Numbered from the stretch's first letter, positions 40,611 through 51,700 are shown. The stretch is 64,000 bases of DNA from Myxococcota bacterium (GCA_965250285.1 OZ252299.1:3232001-3296000); one strand, 5' to 3'. Notes: generated by a model from the letters alone, not told the origin. Numbers and translations: made by a program.

Positions 40611-42752
40611 TCAGTCGTAGAGCTGCTGGTAGAGCCAGTAGCTGCGCAGGACGCGGCGGGTGTACGACCGGGTCTGGCCGTAGGGGATGTCCTCGACGAA
40701 GACATCGTCCTCGATGCCGGGGCCGGCCTTCGAAAGCCAGCCGGCCACGGCGCGGGGCCCGGCGTTGTAGCTGGCGATCATGGCCGAGATGCGGCCGTCC
40801 ATGCGCTCACTGAGCTCGGCCAGGTAGCGCGTGCCCAGCGCGATGTTCGTCTCGGGCGTTTCGAGACCGGCTTCGTCGGGCTCAGGCAGCCCGGTGCGGC
40901 CCGCCACGCGCGACGCGGTGCCGGGCATGAGCTGCATCAGACCGATCGCGCCCGCGCTCGAATGAACGCGCGGCCGAAAGCTCGACTCCTCGCGCATGAT
41001 CGCCCACACGAGCTCGCGCTCGACGCCCAGGTCGGGTGCCTGATCGACGACCGTTTCGTAGGCGCGCGGCCAGGCCAGCCACCACAGTCGCTCGACCCCC
41101 GGCCGCAGCCCCTCGGCCAGGCGGGCGAGGTACGCGTCGACGACGATGCGTTCGGCACCGGCGTAGTCGCCTGCGGCCGCCATCACGCGCCCGATCGCCA
41201 TGCGATCACCGACATCGAGAACCGCCGCGCCGTCGCCGCCGGCCGCGTCGACGATCTCGCGCAGCTCGAGCGCCGCCAGCTCGGCCCGATCCGACTCGAT
41301 CAGGAGCGCGGCGCGCTGGAGCCGCCAGTACGGCACCACGGCCTCGGCGTCGTTCGGGGGCGCCATCGCGCGCGCCGTCGGCGCCGCGGTTCGGAACGAC
41401 CGGCCGAGACGCTGCTGCGCGCGCAGGCCGTAGTAGGTAAAGGGGGCCTCCCGGGCGAGCGCCTCGAACTCGGCGCGGGCCTCACTCGCCTGCCCCCCCT
41501 GCTCGGCGGCCCGCGCGGCCCAGTACCGCGCCTGGCGCGTCTTCGCCGGGCCCAGCCCCTCTGCCTCGGCCGAGGCCACGATCGCCCGAAAGTCGGCGCG
41601 GGCGTCGGCGAAGTGCCCGGCCTCGAAGTCGGACCAGCCGAGGCGCCAGAGCGCCTCGCGCACCCGCGACGGGAAGGCGGTGTAGCCGGCGACCTCGCGA
41701 AAGCGTTGCCGCGCGGCGTCCGGCTGGTTACGCCCTTCGAGCAGCGTGCCGAGCAGAAAGAGCGAGCGACTCGCCCACTCGTCGTTCTTCGACTCGCCGA
41801 GCTCGGCGAAGATCTGCATCGCGTCGGGGACCGCGCCGTGGCGCGCCGCCGCGCGAGCCGTCCAGAAGCGAGCCTCGTCGCCATCGCCAGCGGCCTCGAA
41901 CGACTGACGGGCCTCGGCGTAGCGGCGGATGCGGAAGAGCGCGACGCCCTTGCGCTGGTGCAGCAGCTGCCGCTCGGTCTCGTCGACGAGCTGCGCGAGG
42001 GCCTCGGTGTAGGCCTCGGCCGCCTCGGCGCTGCGGCCGCGGGCGAGCAAGGCGTCGCCGGCCGCCGCGGCCTCTTCGGGGGTGCGATCTTCGGGCGCCT
42101 TCTCTTCGGGGCGCGACGCCGCCTGCAGCACCTCGCCAAGCAGCTGCTCGGGTGGCTGATCAGCGGGGAGATGCCCCGCTCGCTGGAGAGACTCGACCAT
42201 CTCGAGCTTCACGGCTCGGCGACGGTGCGTGAGCGACTCGGCCTCGAAGGCCGTGCGCCAGGCCGCCCGCGCGCCGGCCTCGTCGCCGCGCTCGAGCAGC
42301 GTGCGGGCGCGCAGGCGATCGAGCCCGGGCTGCACCCGCGGTGGCGCACCGCGGCGCTCGAGCCGTCCCAGGGCCGCGAGCGCCCCGGCGGTGTCGCCTG
42401 CAGCGCCCAGCGCCTCCGCCTCGACGAGCACGATCTGATCGTTCAGCAGCTCGGCTGCGCGGGCACGCTCGAGCAGGGGCGCGACGGCGTCGATCTGCCC
42501 CGCATCGAGTGCTCGGGTCGCCGCGGCCAGGGCCTCCGCCCCTTCGTGGTGGCGAACGCCGAGGGCGATGCCGTGGCCGCCGGGCAGATAGACGAGCGGT
42601 GTCGGTGCCCGGCGGGCGGCGAGGCCGGCCTCGCCGGGAATCAGCGCGACGATCATCCACAGTGCGCTGAGCCCGGTGGCGCGGGCGCGACTGAAGCGAC
42701 GACGACGCGAAGCGGCGGGAGAATCGGCAGCGCCGAGGCGACGTTGGCGCAC
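40611..42752 (-). CDS. slt: Soluble lytic murein transglycosylase with TPR-like repeats
   Basis: AIMREESSF, SSAGAIGLMQLMP, ASYNAGP and IPYGQTRSY; GTG start after GGGGAGG. Confidence 0.88.
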   Translation of the reverse strand: MRQRRLGAADSPAASRRRRFSRARATGLSALWMIVALIPGEAGLAARRAPTPLVYLPGGHGIALGVRHHEGAEALAAATRALDAGQIDAVAPLLERARAAELLNDQIVLVEAEALGAAGDTAGALAALGRLERRGAPPRVQPGLDRLRARTLLERGDEAGARAAWRTAFEAESLTHRRRAVKLEMVESLQRAGHLPADQPPEQLLGEVLQAASRPEEKAPEDRTPEEAAAAGDALLARGRSAEAAEAYTEALAQLVDETERQLLHQRKGVALFRIRRYAEARQSFEAAGDGDEARFWTARAAARHGAVPDAMQIFAELGESKNDEWASRSLFLLGTLLEGRNQPDAARQRFREVAGYTAFPSRVREALWRLGWSDFEAGHFADARADFRAIVASAEAEGLGPAKTRQARYWAARAAEQGGQASEARAEFEALAREAPFTYYGLRAQQRLGRSFRTAAPTARAMAPPNDAEAVVPYWRLQRAALLIESDRAELAALELREIVDAAGGDGAAVLDVGDRMAIGRVMAAAGDYAGAERIVVDAYLARLAEGLRPGVERLWWLAWPRAYETVVDQAPDLGVERELVWAIMREESSFRPRVHSSAGAIGLMQLMPGTASRVAGRTGLPEPDEAGLETPETNIALGTRYLAELSERMDGRISAMIASYNAGPRAVAGWLSKAGPGIEDDVFVEDIPYGQTRSYTRRVLRSYWLYQQLYD

Positions 42753-43036
42753 GCTGGCTCCTCCCCTGCTCCGGGCGCCGAGGCGAGTCGGCACCGGGTG
42801 GGTGGCACGCTCCTGGCTGGCGCGTGCGCCGACGTCATGGGAACGCCGATCGATCGAAGGGGGGAGGCGAAACGGTACAGCGCCGCCCTGCCCTTGTCCG
42901 CGACACACGTCACTTCGGACGCGCGCCGGGCATGTCGCGTTCCCTCCGCGCGGCGCGGGTCGGATCGCCGACGGCCCCTTCGCCGCGCCCGTGATCCGGG
43001 CGCCGCCGCGCTCGGCGCCCCCTATGCTCGGGCCCG

Positions 43037-44110
43037 ATGTCGAGACGCACTGCGCACGCACGATCGAGTGGTGGCACCGGCCGGCAAGCGGCGCCGCGGC
43101 GGGTCGCGATCGTCGGCGCCGGCGCGCTCGGCGTCGGCCTGGCGACGGCACTTCACTCGAGCGGCGTCGAAGTGCATCTGATTGCGCGCGCTGCGAGCGG
43201 CCGGGCGAGCGAGCTGAAGCACGGCTATCGGCGCAGCGGCCTCTTCGGCGACGCCGAGGTGCCGGCCCGCGACGCCCACGTGAGCGAGTCGCTCGAGGCG
43301 CTGTCCTCCATCGACGCCGACTTCACTCTGGTCTGCACGAAGACGACGGCGACCGAGACGCTGGCGCCCGAGCTCGGCGCGGCGCTCGCGGCCACACCGA
43401 GCCCGTCGCCCCTGGTCGTCTGCCACAACGGCTGGGGCAGCGCCGAACGCTTCGCGGCGTTCGTGCCCGCCGAGCGCGTGTTCAGCGGTCGGGTGATCAC
43501 GGGCTTCCACCCGGTCTCGCCCGATCACGTCGCGGTGACCGCCCACGCGCAGCCGATCCATCTCGGCAGCCTGTTCGGTGCGGATCCGGGCCGGCTCGCA
43601 CCGCTCGCAGCAGCGATCGACCGAGGCGGCCTGCCCTGCGCGGTCACCCGCGACGTCCGCGCCGACCTGCTTGCAAAGCTGCTCTACAACGGCCTGCTGA
43701 ATCCACTCGGTGCGCTGGTCGGGGCCCGCTACGGCGTGCTCGCCGAGCGGCCGGCCACGCGCGCGATCCTGGTCGCCCTCGCCCACGAGATCTTCGCCGT
43801 CTTCGACGGGGCCGGGCTAGGCACCCACTGGCCCGACGCCGATGCCTATCTCGAGACCTTCTTCGAAGAGCTGCTGCCGCCGACGGCCCAGCACGCGTCG
43901 TCGATGCTGCAGGATCTCCGAGCCGGTCGTCCCACCGAGATCGACGCGATCAGCGGCGCGGTGTGCGAGCTGGGCGCGCGCCACGGGGTCGCCACGCCGC
44001 TCGACGCCGCGCTGCTCGAGCTGGTGCACGGGGCCGAGTCGCGGGCGCGCACACCGCGAGATGCGGCCCCGCGCCCGGGCGAAACCACCGCCGAGCCCGA
44101 GGCCCTCTGA
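43037..44110 (+). CDS. panE: Ketopantoate reductase family protein
   Basis: GAGALG, CTKT, HNGWG, KLLYN..LNPL and SSMLQDL..GRPTEIDAISG. Confidence 0.85.
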   Translation: MSRRTAHARSSGGTGRQAAPRRVAIVGAGALGVGLATALHSSGVEVHLIARAASGRASELKHGYRRSGLFGDAEVPARDAHVSESLEALSSIDADFTLVCTKTTATETLAPELGAALAATPSPSPLVVCHNGWGSAERFAAFVPAERVFSGRVITGFHPVSPDHVAVTAHAQPIHLGSLFGADPGRLAPLAAAIDRGGLPCAVTRDVRADLLAKLLYNGLLNPLGALVGARYGVLAERPATRAILVALAHEIFAVFDGAGLGTHWPDADAYLETFFEELLPPTAQHASSMLQDLRAGRPTEIDAISGAVCELGARHGVATPLDAALLELVHGAESRARTPRDAAPRPGETTAEPEAL

Positions 44111-45765
44111 TGAGCGAACGCATCGACGCATTGCCGGAGGGCCTGGTCGACGACCTTGCGCGACCCGCCGGCTATCCGCTCGATGAAGATGCCGGAGCCG
44201 GCATCGAGCACATCCAGACGCACCTCTCGCACGTCTTCCTGCTGGCGCGGCGCGTCTACAAGCTGCACAAGGCCGCGGCCCTCGGGTTCGTCGACTTCGG
44301 GCTCCGCGAAGCGCGCAACACCGACTGCGTCGACGAGGTCCGGCTCAACCGCCGACTCGCGTCGGACGTGTACCTCGGAGTCGCCCCGATCGAAGTCGGC
44401 GCCGATGGCCGCTATCGCGTGGGCGAGCGCATCGATGCGCCGACACGCCTCGACCCGATGCGCGAACACTGCGTCGTCATGCAGCGGCTCGAACCCGACC
44501 GGGACGCCCTCAGCCTGCTCGAACGCGGTGAGCTGACGCGCGACCAGCTCGAGCGCGTGAGCGCAAAGATCGCGCGGTTCCATGCGGGGCTCGAACCGAT
44601 CGACACCGGCGCGGCCGGCGACGTCGTGGCGCCCGCCCAGGCGAACCTGGCGGCCATTGACGCGGCCGGCGACGACGTGGTGCCCACGACCGAGGCCGTC
44701 GCCCTCCGACGCGCGACCGAAGCGAGACTCAGCGACCTGGCGGGCACGTTCGAGCGACGTCGCCGGGCCGGCCGAATCGTCGAGGGGCACGGCGACCTTC
44801 ATCTCCAGCACGTGTGGCTTCCCAGTGACGCGCGCGGTGCGGAAGACCCGCCCATCATCGACTGCCTCGAGTTCAGCGAGGCACTGCGCGTCACCGACGT
44901 CGCCGCCGAGATCGCGTTTCTCGCAATGGACCTCGCCTACCGCGGCGCGGGCGCGCTCGCCGAGCTGTTCGTGCGCCGGTACGCCGAAGCGACGGGCGAC
45001 TTCGACCTCTATTCGACGATCGATCTCTACGTCGCCCACCGCGCGACCGTACGGGCCAAGGTCGCGGCGCTCGCCGCAAGCGACCCCGAGATCGAAGCGA
45101 CCCAGCGTGCGGCCTCGCGGCGCAGCGCGCGCCGCCACGTCGCGTTCGCCCGGCGTGCGCTGGCACCGCGCACACCCGGCCACGTCGTGCTGGTCGGGGG
45201 CGTAATCGCGACGGGCAAGAGCACCGCCGCGCGCGCCCTCGGCGACCGCATCGGCGCGGTGGTCGTCTCGAGCGACCGCGTGCGCAAGGCGCGGCTTGGC
45301 CTGCGCCCCACCGATCGCCTCACTGCGGAGCCGGGGGCGGGCGCGTACACGCCCGAGGCGCGCGCGGCCGTCTACGACGCGATGCTCGAGGCAGCGGCCC
45401 CGATCATCGCCTCCGGACGCACGGTCGTGCTCGACGCGACCTGGTCGTCGCGCGACCAGCGCGAACGCGCGCGCGCTTTCGCGAACCGGGCTGGCGCGGC
45501 GCGCTGCCTGTTCATCGAGACGCGGTGTGACGTCGACGTCCTGCGCGCGCGGCTCGCCGAGCGGCGGGCACGCAACGACGATGCGTCCGACGCCGGCCCC
45601 GAGCTGCTCGACGCGAGCCTCGACGCGTTCGACGCGCTCGACGAGCACGACCCCTGGCCCCGCGCCGACCGAGCCGTCATCGATACTGGCCGGGTCTCGA
45701 TCGACACGGCCATCGCAGCCACCGCTCACGATCTCGGCCTCGACGACGCAACCGTCTGGGATTGA
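44110..45765 (+). CDS. Aminoglycoside phosphotransferase-like kinase fused to an AAA_33 P-loop kinase
   Basis: QTHLSHV, EVRLNRRLA, GHGDLHL, IDCLEF and GGVIATGKST. Confidence 0.88.
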   Translation: MSERIDALPEGLVDDLARPAGYPLDEDAGAGIEHIQTHLSHVFLLARRVYKLHKAAALGFVDFGLREARNTDCVDEVRLNRRLASDVYLGVAPIEVGADGRYRVGERIDAPTRLDPMREHCVVMQRLEPDRDALSLLERGELTRDQLERVSAKIARFHAGLEPIDTGAAGDVVAPAQANLAAIDAAGDDVVPTTEAVALRRATEARLSDLAGTFERRRRAGRIVEGHGDLHLQHVWLPSDARGAEDPPIIDCLEFSEALRVTDVAAEIAFLAMDLAYRGAGALAELFVRRYAEATGDFDLYSTIDLYVAHRATVRAKVAALAASDPEIEATQRAASRRSARRHVAFARRALAPRTPGHVVLVGGVIATGKSTAARALGDRIGAVVVSSDRVRKARLGLRPTDRLTAEPGAGAYTPEARAAVYDAMLEAAAPIIASGRTVVLDATWSSRDQRERARAFANRAGAARCLFIETRCDVDVLRARLAERRARNDDASDAGPELLDASLDAFDALDEHDPWPRADRAVIDTGRVSIDTAIAATAHDLGLDDATVWD

Positions 45766-45774
45766 CGGGCGCCG

Positions 45775-46557
45775 TCAGCGCCCCTCGAACCGCGGCGCGC
45801 GCTTCTCGAGGAACGCGGCGACGCCCTCGCGATAGTCGTCGCTCGCGTAGCAGCGGCGGATCGCCTCGGCGATCGCCTCGGGGTCGCGCTGGGCCTCGGG
45901 GCGCGCGAGGTCGCGGAGCACCCGCTTGGCAGCGGCGAGCGTGAGGGGCGCATTCGACGCCATGCCGGCCACGAGGTCGTTCGTCGCCGAGGCGAGCGCG
46001 GGCTTCGGGTGCACGCTCGACACCAACCCGAGCCGCAGCGCCTCATCGGCCTTGACCCGCCGCGCCGTCAGGAAGAGGTCGCGCGCGGAGGCGTCGCCCA
46101 CCACGCGCACCAGCGTCGCGAGCCCCGATGCGCTGTAGCCGAGCCCGAGTCGGCCGGCCGGGATCGCGAACACCGCGTCTTCGTCGGCGATGCGAATGTC
46201 GGCGCAGAGCGCGAGCGCACAGCCGCCCCCGACGCAGAAGCCATGGATCATCGCGACCAGCGGTTTCGACATCGACTGCAAGGCGCCGAACGCGTCCCCA
46301 TTCACGGCGTCATACGCCTGCGCTGCTTCGCCCACGCGATTCTCGCTGAACTCGGAGATGTCGGCGCCCGAGACGAACGCGACGTCGCCCGCGCCCCGCA
46401 TCACGACGACCCGCACCGCATCGTCCGCCTCGAAGCGGGCCACGGCCTCGGGGATCGCGGCCCACATCGCGTGGTTCAGCGCGTTTCGCCGCGCCTCGTG
46501 ATCGAAGATCAACCAGCCGATCGGCCCCTCGACGCGGGTCTCGACGTGTCCGCTCAT
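45775..46557 (-). CDS. Enoyl-CoA hydratase/isomerase
   Basis: RRNAL, FVSGADISEF, GFCVGGG and DYREGVAAFLEKR. Confidence 0.92.
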   Translation of the reverse strand: MSGHVETRVEGPIGWLIFDHEARRNALNHAMWAAIPEAVARFEADDAVRVVVMRGAGDVAFVSGADISEFSENRVGEAAQAYDAVNGDAFGALQSMSKPLVAMIHGFCVGGGCALALCADIRIADEDAVFAIPAGRLGLGYSASGLATLVRVVGDASARDLFLTARRVKADEALRLGLVSSVHPKPALASATNDLVAGMASNAPLTLAAAKRVLRDLARPEAQRDPEAIAEAIRRCYASDDYREGVAAFLEKRAPRFEGR

Positions 46558-46611
46558 GCGATTCTCCTCGGCGCGCGCTTCGCGTTCGCCCTGGCTCGAT
46601 CGCTCGTGCCC

Positions 46612-47250
46612 TCAAGAGGGCACGAGCGCGTCGGTCATGGCGCGATCGATCTCGTGCCAGTCGTGACAGCGTACGATGCGCCGCGCGACGTCCGCGGGCA
46701 GTTCGGGCAGCGCCCGATTCCACGGGCGGTCGACCAGCGCGACGTGCCAACCCGCCTCACTCGCGAGCCGAAGCGCCATCTCCAGCGAATCCTCGACGGC
46801 GAAGCCGAAGGGCATCTCGAGCATCCGCTCGACCGGCTCGTAGGGGACGCCGGCCACGACCTCGGTCGGCCGGCCGTACTTGTCGACGAAGTGAAGCCCA
46901 TCGTGGGCCATCTGGTGCGCATCGAGCCACGCCTTCGAGGCCTCGGCGCACACGGGGGGGCGTCCGGTGACGATGTGCACGCGCCATCCCCTCGAGCGCC
47001 AGCCTGCGAGCGCCGCACGCGCGCCGGCGCGCGGTGCGAGCGCACCGAGCTCTTCGGGCGAGTGCGCACGCTCGAAGAAACGTTCGAGCTCGACGCCCTC
47101 GAGCGCGAACGATCGACCGAGATCGAAGTGCGCGACGTCTTCGACGTCGACCCGGCGACCGTGCGCTCGCCCGAGCAGATCGATCAGGCCCTCGATGGTG
47201 TGCGAGAGCACGTCGTCGAGATCGACGTACACCGCGTCGGCTGCGCTCAC
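46612..47250 (-). CDS. HAD-superfamily 5'(3')-nucleotidase-like protein
   Basis: YVDLDDVL, IVTGRP, VEDS and DRPWNR. Confidence 0.8.
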   Translation of the reverse strand: MSAADAVYVDLDDVLSHTIEGLIDLLGRAHGRRVDVEDVAHFDLGRSFALEGVELERFFERAHSPEELGALAPRAGARAALAGWRSRGWRVHIVTGRPPVCAEASKAWLDAHQMAHDGLHFVDKYGRPTEVVAGVPYEPVERMLEMPFGFAVEDSLEMALRLASEAGWHVALVDRPWNRALPELPADVARRIVRCHDWHEIDRAMTDALVPS

Positions 47251-48764
47251 GCATCGCCCTCGCTGGCCCGGTCGAGCGCGGCCTCGAGCGCCCGGGCCTT
47301 GTCGAGGGTCTCGTCGTACTCGGCATCGGGGTCACTGTCGGCCACGACGGCGCCGCCGACGTGCAGATACGCACGCTCCTTCTTCACGAGCCAGGTGCGA
47401 ATCACCACCGAGAGATCGAGCCCACCCCGCACGTCGAGGTAGCCGAGCGCCCCCGAGTAGATGCCACGACGCACGGGCTCGAGCGCACCGGCGATGCGCA
47501 TCGCCGCGATCTTCGGTGCGCCGGTCATCGAGCCGGGCGGGAAGCACGCGCGCACGAGATCGACGGCATCGCAGTCTTCGCGCAGGCGACCGACGACCGT
47601 CGATACGAGCTGGAACACGGTCGCGTAAGCCTCGACCTGCATCAGCTCGGGCACCCGCACGCTGCCCGGCCGGCAAACACGACCGAGATCGTTGCGGACG
47701 AGGTCGACGATCATCAGGTTCTCGGCTCGATCCTTGGGCGACGTCAGCAGGTCTTCTGCGAGCGCCGCGTCGGTATCGGCGTCGGCACCGCGCGGCCGCG
47801 TGCCCTTGATCGGCCGACTCTCGACGTGCCCGTCCGCCTCGGCTTTGAGGAAGCGCTCGGGCGAGCTCCCGACGATGCACACGTCGGGGAGCTCGATGTA
47901 CGCAGCGAACGGCGCCGGGCTCTCCCGTCGCAAGGCGGCGTAGAGCGCGGCGGGCTTGCCTTCCCACGGCGTGCTCATGCGCTGGGTCAGGTTCACCTCG
48001 TAGACACCGCCCTGGCCGATCTCGTCGAGCACATGTCGCACTCGCGCGGCATAGAGATCGCGCCCCGGGCCGGGATCGACCGGGTCCGACGGCGCGAGCG
48101 GTGCCGGCGCAGCCGTACGGGCCGGGCGCCGCTCCGTCGCTTCGAGACCGGCTTCGACGCTGCGCAGCCAATCGCGCAGCGCTTCGTCGGCGCTGTGCGA
48201 CGCCTCGTCTCCGCTCTCACCGAACCCGAGCGCGATCGCCCACGCGTCGCCCGACATGTGATCGAGGGCGACCAGTCGGTCGACGAGCAGCAGCGTGAGA
48301 TCGGGCGTGTCGAGATCGCTCGTCTGATCGAGCTCGAGCGATTCGATGCAGCTCGCGAGCTCATAGCCGAAGACCGCGATGGCGCCGCCCACGAAGGGCA
48401 GATCTTCGACGTCGGCGAACGCCTCGGGCGTCGATCGTGGCCAGAGCGCGCGAACCGCTTCGAACGCGTCGCCCTGACCGACGTGCTGGCCCGGCACCCA
48501 GCCCGGTCGCACCGCGCGCCTGACCTCGAGCGCGAGCGCCTCGCCGCGCGCGGTCAAGATGGCGAATGGATCGACCCCGAACAGGGAGTACCGACCGAGA
48601 CGGCGATCGACGAGCGCACTCTCGAGCAGCCAGGGCAGCCCGTCCCCGCGCATCGACTCGACGAGTGCGAGCGGATCGGGGCAGGCGCGCAGCGGGGCGC
48701 GCGTCAGCGCAATGTGCGCTTGGGCCGAGCCCGACCGGGGCGCGTCGAAAGGGAAGAACGACAT
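47247..48764 (-). CDS. pabB: Aminodeoxychorismate synthase component I (chorismate-binding)
   Basis: LLES, SSPERF, SRPIKGTRPR, KDRAENLMIVDLVRNDLGR and FPPGSMTGAPK. Confidence 0.88.
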   Translation of the reverse strand: MSFFPFDAPRSGSAQAHIALTRAPLRACPDPLALVESMRGDGLPWLLESALVDRRLGRYSLFGVDPFAILTARGEALALEVRRAVRPGWVPGQHVGQGDAFEAVRALWPRSTPEAFADVEDLPFVGGAIAVFGYELASCIESLELDQTSDLDTPDLTLLLVDRLVALDHMSGDAWAIALGFGESGDEASHSADEALRDWLRSVEAGLEATERRPARTAAPAPLAPSDPVDPGPGRDLYAARVRHVLDEIGQGGVYEVNLTQRMSTPWEGKPAALYAALRRESPAPFAAYIELPDVCIVGSSPERFLKAEADGHVESRPIKGTRPRGADADTDAALAEDLLTSPKDRAENLMIVDLVRNDLGRVCRPGSVRVPELMQVEAYATVFQLVSTVVGRLREDCDAVDLVRACFPPGSMTGAPKIAAMRIAGALEPVRRGIYSGALGYLDVRGGLDLSVVIRTWLVKKERAYLHVGGAVVADSDPDAEYDETLDKARALEAALDRASEGDA

Positions 48765-48888
48765 GAGGCACTCGACGAGGTAGCGGGGCGCGAGAAGCGC
48801 GGAAGCTACCCCACACAGCCGGCAGCGTCAGTGCGGCCACGTGCGTCGGCCGTAGCCCAGCCGCATTCGACCCTGATAGACTGCCGCG

Positions 48889-49899
48889 ATGCCTGACATG
48901 CCCACGCCGCGACGCATCGAGCTGCCGCCCCAGACCCACGCAGGCGGCGCCGAGCCGCCGATCGCCCTCTCGGTGCACGACGCCGGCGCGGGCCCGGCCG
49001 TCGTGCTCTCCCACGGCTTCCCCGAGACGGCCTACAGCTGGCGCCACCAGATCGCGCCCCTGGTCGAGGCGGGCTACCGCGTCATCGCCCCCGACCAGCG
49101 TGGCTATGGCTCGAGCGATGCGCCCGAAGGCATCGAGACGTACGACATGGATCACCTGACCGGCGATCTCGTCGGGCTGCTCGACGCGCTCGAGATCGAG
49201 CGCGCGGTGTTCGTGGGCCACGACTGGGGCGGGTTCGTCTGCTGGGCCATGCCGCTGCTGCACCCCGATCGCACGGCCGGCGTGATCGGCGTCAACACGC
49301 CGTACACGCCTCGCACGCCGACGAAGCCCACCGAGATGATGAAGATGCTCGTGAACGGCGACGTCGAGCGCATGTACGTGCTGTGGTTCCAGGAGCCCGG
49401 CGTGGCCGAGGCGGTGCTCGACGCCCAGCCACGGCTCGTCTTCGAGAAGCTGCTGCGTCAGCCCGTGCCGCCCGAGGAGGCCGCTGCTCGCATGATGGCC
49501 TCGGGCGAGCTCGACATGAACCCGTTTCGTCGGCTCGCCGAGCTCGAGACGATGAGCGAGCCGCTCGTGAGCGACGCCGAAATCGACGCCTACGCCGACG
49601 CGTTCGAGCGCTCGGGCTTCCGCGGTGGCATCTCGTGGTATCGCAACTTCGATCGCAACTGGGAACGCCACCCCGAGATCGGTGTCCAGAAGATCGATCA
49701 TCCCTCGCTGATGGTGACGGCCGCCTGGGACGCGGCCCTGCCCCCGACCATGGCCGCGGGGATGCCGGCGCTCTGCAACGATCTCGAGATGAAGCAGATC
49801 GAAGCGTGCGGGCACTGGACGATGCAGGAGAAGCCCGACGAGCTGAACGCGATCCTGATCGACTGGCTGGGGCGCCGCTTCCCCGCCGGCCGCGGCTGA
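48889..49899 (+). CDS. Epoxide hydrolase (alpha/beta fold)
   Basis: HGFPE, YSWRHQ, GHDWGG, WYRN and GHWT. Confidence 0.9.
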   Translation: MPDMPTPRRIELPPQTHAGGAEPPIALSVHDAGAGPAVVLSHGFPETAYSWRHQIAPLVEAGYRVIAPDQRGYGSSDAPEGIETYDMDHLTGDLVGLLDALEIERAVFVGHDWGGFVCWAMPLLHPDRTAGVIGVNTPYTPRTPTKPTEMMKMLVNGDVERMYVLWFQEPGVAEAVLDAQPRLVFEKLLRQPVPPEEAAARMMASGELDMNPFRRLAELETMSEPLVSDAEIDAYADAFERSGFRGGISWYRNFDRNWERHPEIGVQKIDHPSLMVTAAWDAALPPTMAAGMPALCNDLEMKQIEACGHWTMQEKPDELNAILIDWLGRRFPAGRG

Positions 49900-49920
49900 T
49901 CGCGAGAGGGCGCAACCAAG

Positions 49921-50793
49921 ATGACCGAGAACAACGCTGCGCGCCGCGTATGCTTCTATCACGCGGGCTGCCCCGACGGCATGGGCGCCGCCTGGAGCGT
50001 CTATGACGCCTGGCAGGGCGTGGGCGAGTTCGTGCCGCGCGGGCACGACGACGTCGCGCGAGCACGCGACTGGAAGGGCGCCGACGTCGTCTACGTCGAC
50101 ATCGCGCCGCAGCTCGCCGAGGCCCGGGCGCTCGGCGAAGCCGCCTCGAAGCTCACCGTGCTCGACCACCACGTGACGGCGCGCGCCCGCTTCGAGACCG
50201 ACCCCGACCTGTGCCGCACGCTCGAGCAGGCCGGTCACGAGCTGCACTTCGACATGGATCGCTCGGGTGCCATGATGGCGTGGATGCACTTCCACCCCGA
50301 TACGCCGCCGCCCGACCTGTTGCGCTACGTGCAGGACCAGGATCTCTGGCACTGGGCGCTGCCCGACTCGTCCGAGGTCAATGCGGCGATCGCGTCGTAC
50401 CCGTACACGCTCGACGCGTGGAGCGCCCTGGCGAAGAAGTCGGCGGCCACGCTCGCCGACGAGGGTCGCCCGATCCTGCGCGCGAACCGCATGGAGGTCG
50501 AGCGCGTGCTCAAGAACGCCGCGCCGGTCATCGTCGATGGCCAGAAGGTCGAGGCCGTGAACTCGACGGTGCATCGCGCGCAGGTCGGTCACGAGCTCGC
50601 CGATCGAGCGCGGTTCGGCAAGCCCTGGGGCTGTGTCTATCGCATCCAAGGCTCCAAGGTGCATGCGACGCTCTACTCGATCGGCGACTTCCACGTCTCG
50701 CCGATGGCCCAACGACTCGGCGGCGGCGGGCACCCGAACGCGGCTGGCTTCACGGTCAGCGTCGCCGACTGGGTCGAACGCTTCATGACCTGA
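49921..50793 (+). CDS. DHH/DHHA1-family phosphoesterase
   Basis: YH.GCPDG, LDHH, DQDLW and GGGGHPNAAGF. Confidence 0.88.
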   Translation: MTENNAARRVCFYHAGCPDGMGAAWSVYDAWQGVGEFVPRGHDDVARARDWKGADVVYVDIAPQLAEARALGEAASKLTVLDHHVTARARFETDPDLCRTLEQAGHELHFDMDRSGAMMAWMHFHPDTPPPDLLRYVQDQDLWHWALPDSSEVNAAIASYPYTLDAWSALAKKSAATLADEGRPILRANRMEVERVLKNAAPVIVDGQKVEAVNSTVHRAQVGHELADRARFGKPWGCVYRIQGSKVHATLYSIGDFHVSPMAQRLGGGGHPNAAGFTVSVADWVERFMT

Positions 50794-50816
50794 GGCGATC
50801 GATTCGGGAGGACCGC

Positions 50817-51395
50817 GTGACGCATCACCCCACCGAGCGCCCGGCCACGCTCGCGCTCGGCCCTTTCGGCTGGATGCATCCCGAACGGGTCGGCGCCGCG
50901 CTCGCCGTGCTCTCGGCGCTCGCCCTCGCGCTCTCGGTCTGGCTCGCCGTGCTGGGGGCGCCGCTGCACACCGATGTGGCGCCGACGGGCATCGTGGCAT
51001 TCGAGCTTGCGCGCACCGCGGCCGGGGCCGGGGCGATCCTCGACTCATGGGATGCGCCGGCCCGCGAGGCCGCGATGCTCGTGCAGGGCGTCGACTTTCT
51101 CTATCTGCTGGTCTATCCCGCCGCGTTCTCGATCGGGGCCGTCTGGCTCGGTCGGCGCCTCGGTGGGCGCTGGCAGCGCTTAGCGCTCCCGCTCGCCTGG
51201 GCGATGTGGCTGGCGGCGCCGCTCGACGCGGTCGAGAACCTCGCCTTGATCGAACAGATCCAGTCCGGGCCGAGTGAGGCGGCGGCCTGGCTGGCTTGGG
51301 CCTGCGCGATCCCCAAGTTCGCGCTGGTCATCGTGCTGGCGGGCTTCGTGATCGCCGGCTTCGCCGCGCTCGGTGTGCGTCGTGCGCGCGCGTGA
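50817..51395 (+). CDS. Hypothetical membrane protein
   Basis: GTG after GGGAGG; 4 TM helices; GIVAFELA, DAVEN and KFAL. Confidence 0.75.
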   Translation: MTHHPTERPATLALGPFGWMHPERVGAALAVLSALALALSVWLAVLGAPLHTDVAPTGIVAFELARTAAGAGAILDSWDAPAREAAMLVQGVDFLYLLVYPAAFSIGAVWLGRRLGGRWQRLALPLAWAMWLAAPLDAVENLALIEQIQSGPSEAAAWLAWACAIPKFALVIVLAGFVIAGFAALGVRRARA

Positions 51396-51700
51396 AGCCC
51401 TGACGGCCATCTGGCGCTCGCAGTCATGAAGCACGACGACGTGGCCCGACGCCCCGAGCACACCGATGCCGCCTGAGCCGAAACCGCACTCTTTTCGGCA
51501 TCTTGCGCCGCTCGTCGCACACGAGTGAGTCCGCTCTGGGTGCCGACGACGGCGCTGTCCAGGTTGCCGAGCCGAGCCGTCTCGGGGACGATTCGGGGTG
51601 GCGCCGTGCACCGTGGTGCCCGCGCCGAACCCCTACTCACCGCCGGTATCCGCCCGCTGCCCGCAGCGGCTGCGCGCCGGCCAGGCAGGAAGGATCCCCC

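Noticed and set aside
39138..43181. 1347-aa plus-strand ORF and similar long Arg/Ala-rich ORFs
   Set aside because: Antisense or alternative-frame shadows of real genes, typical of high-GC DNA.
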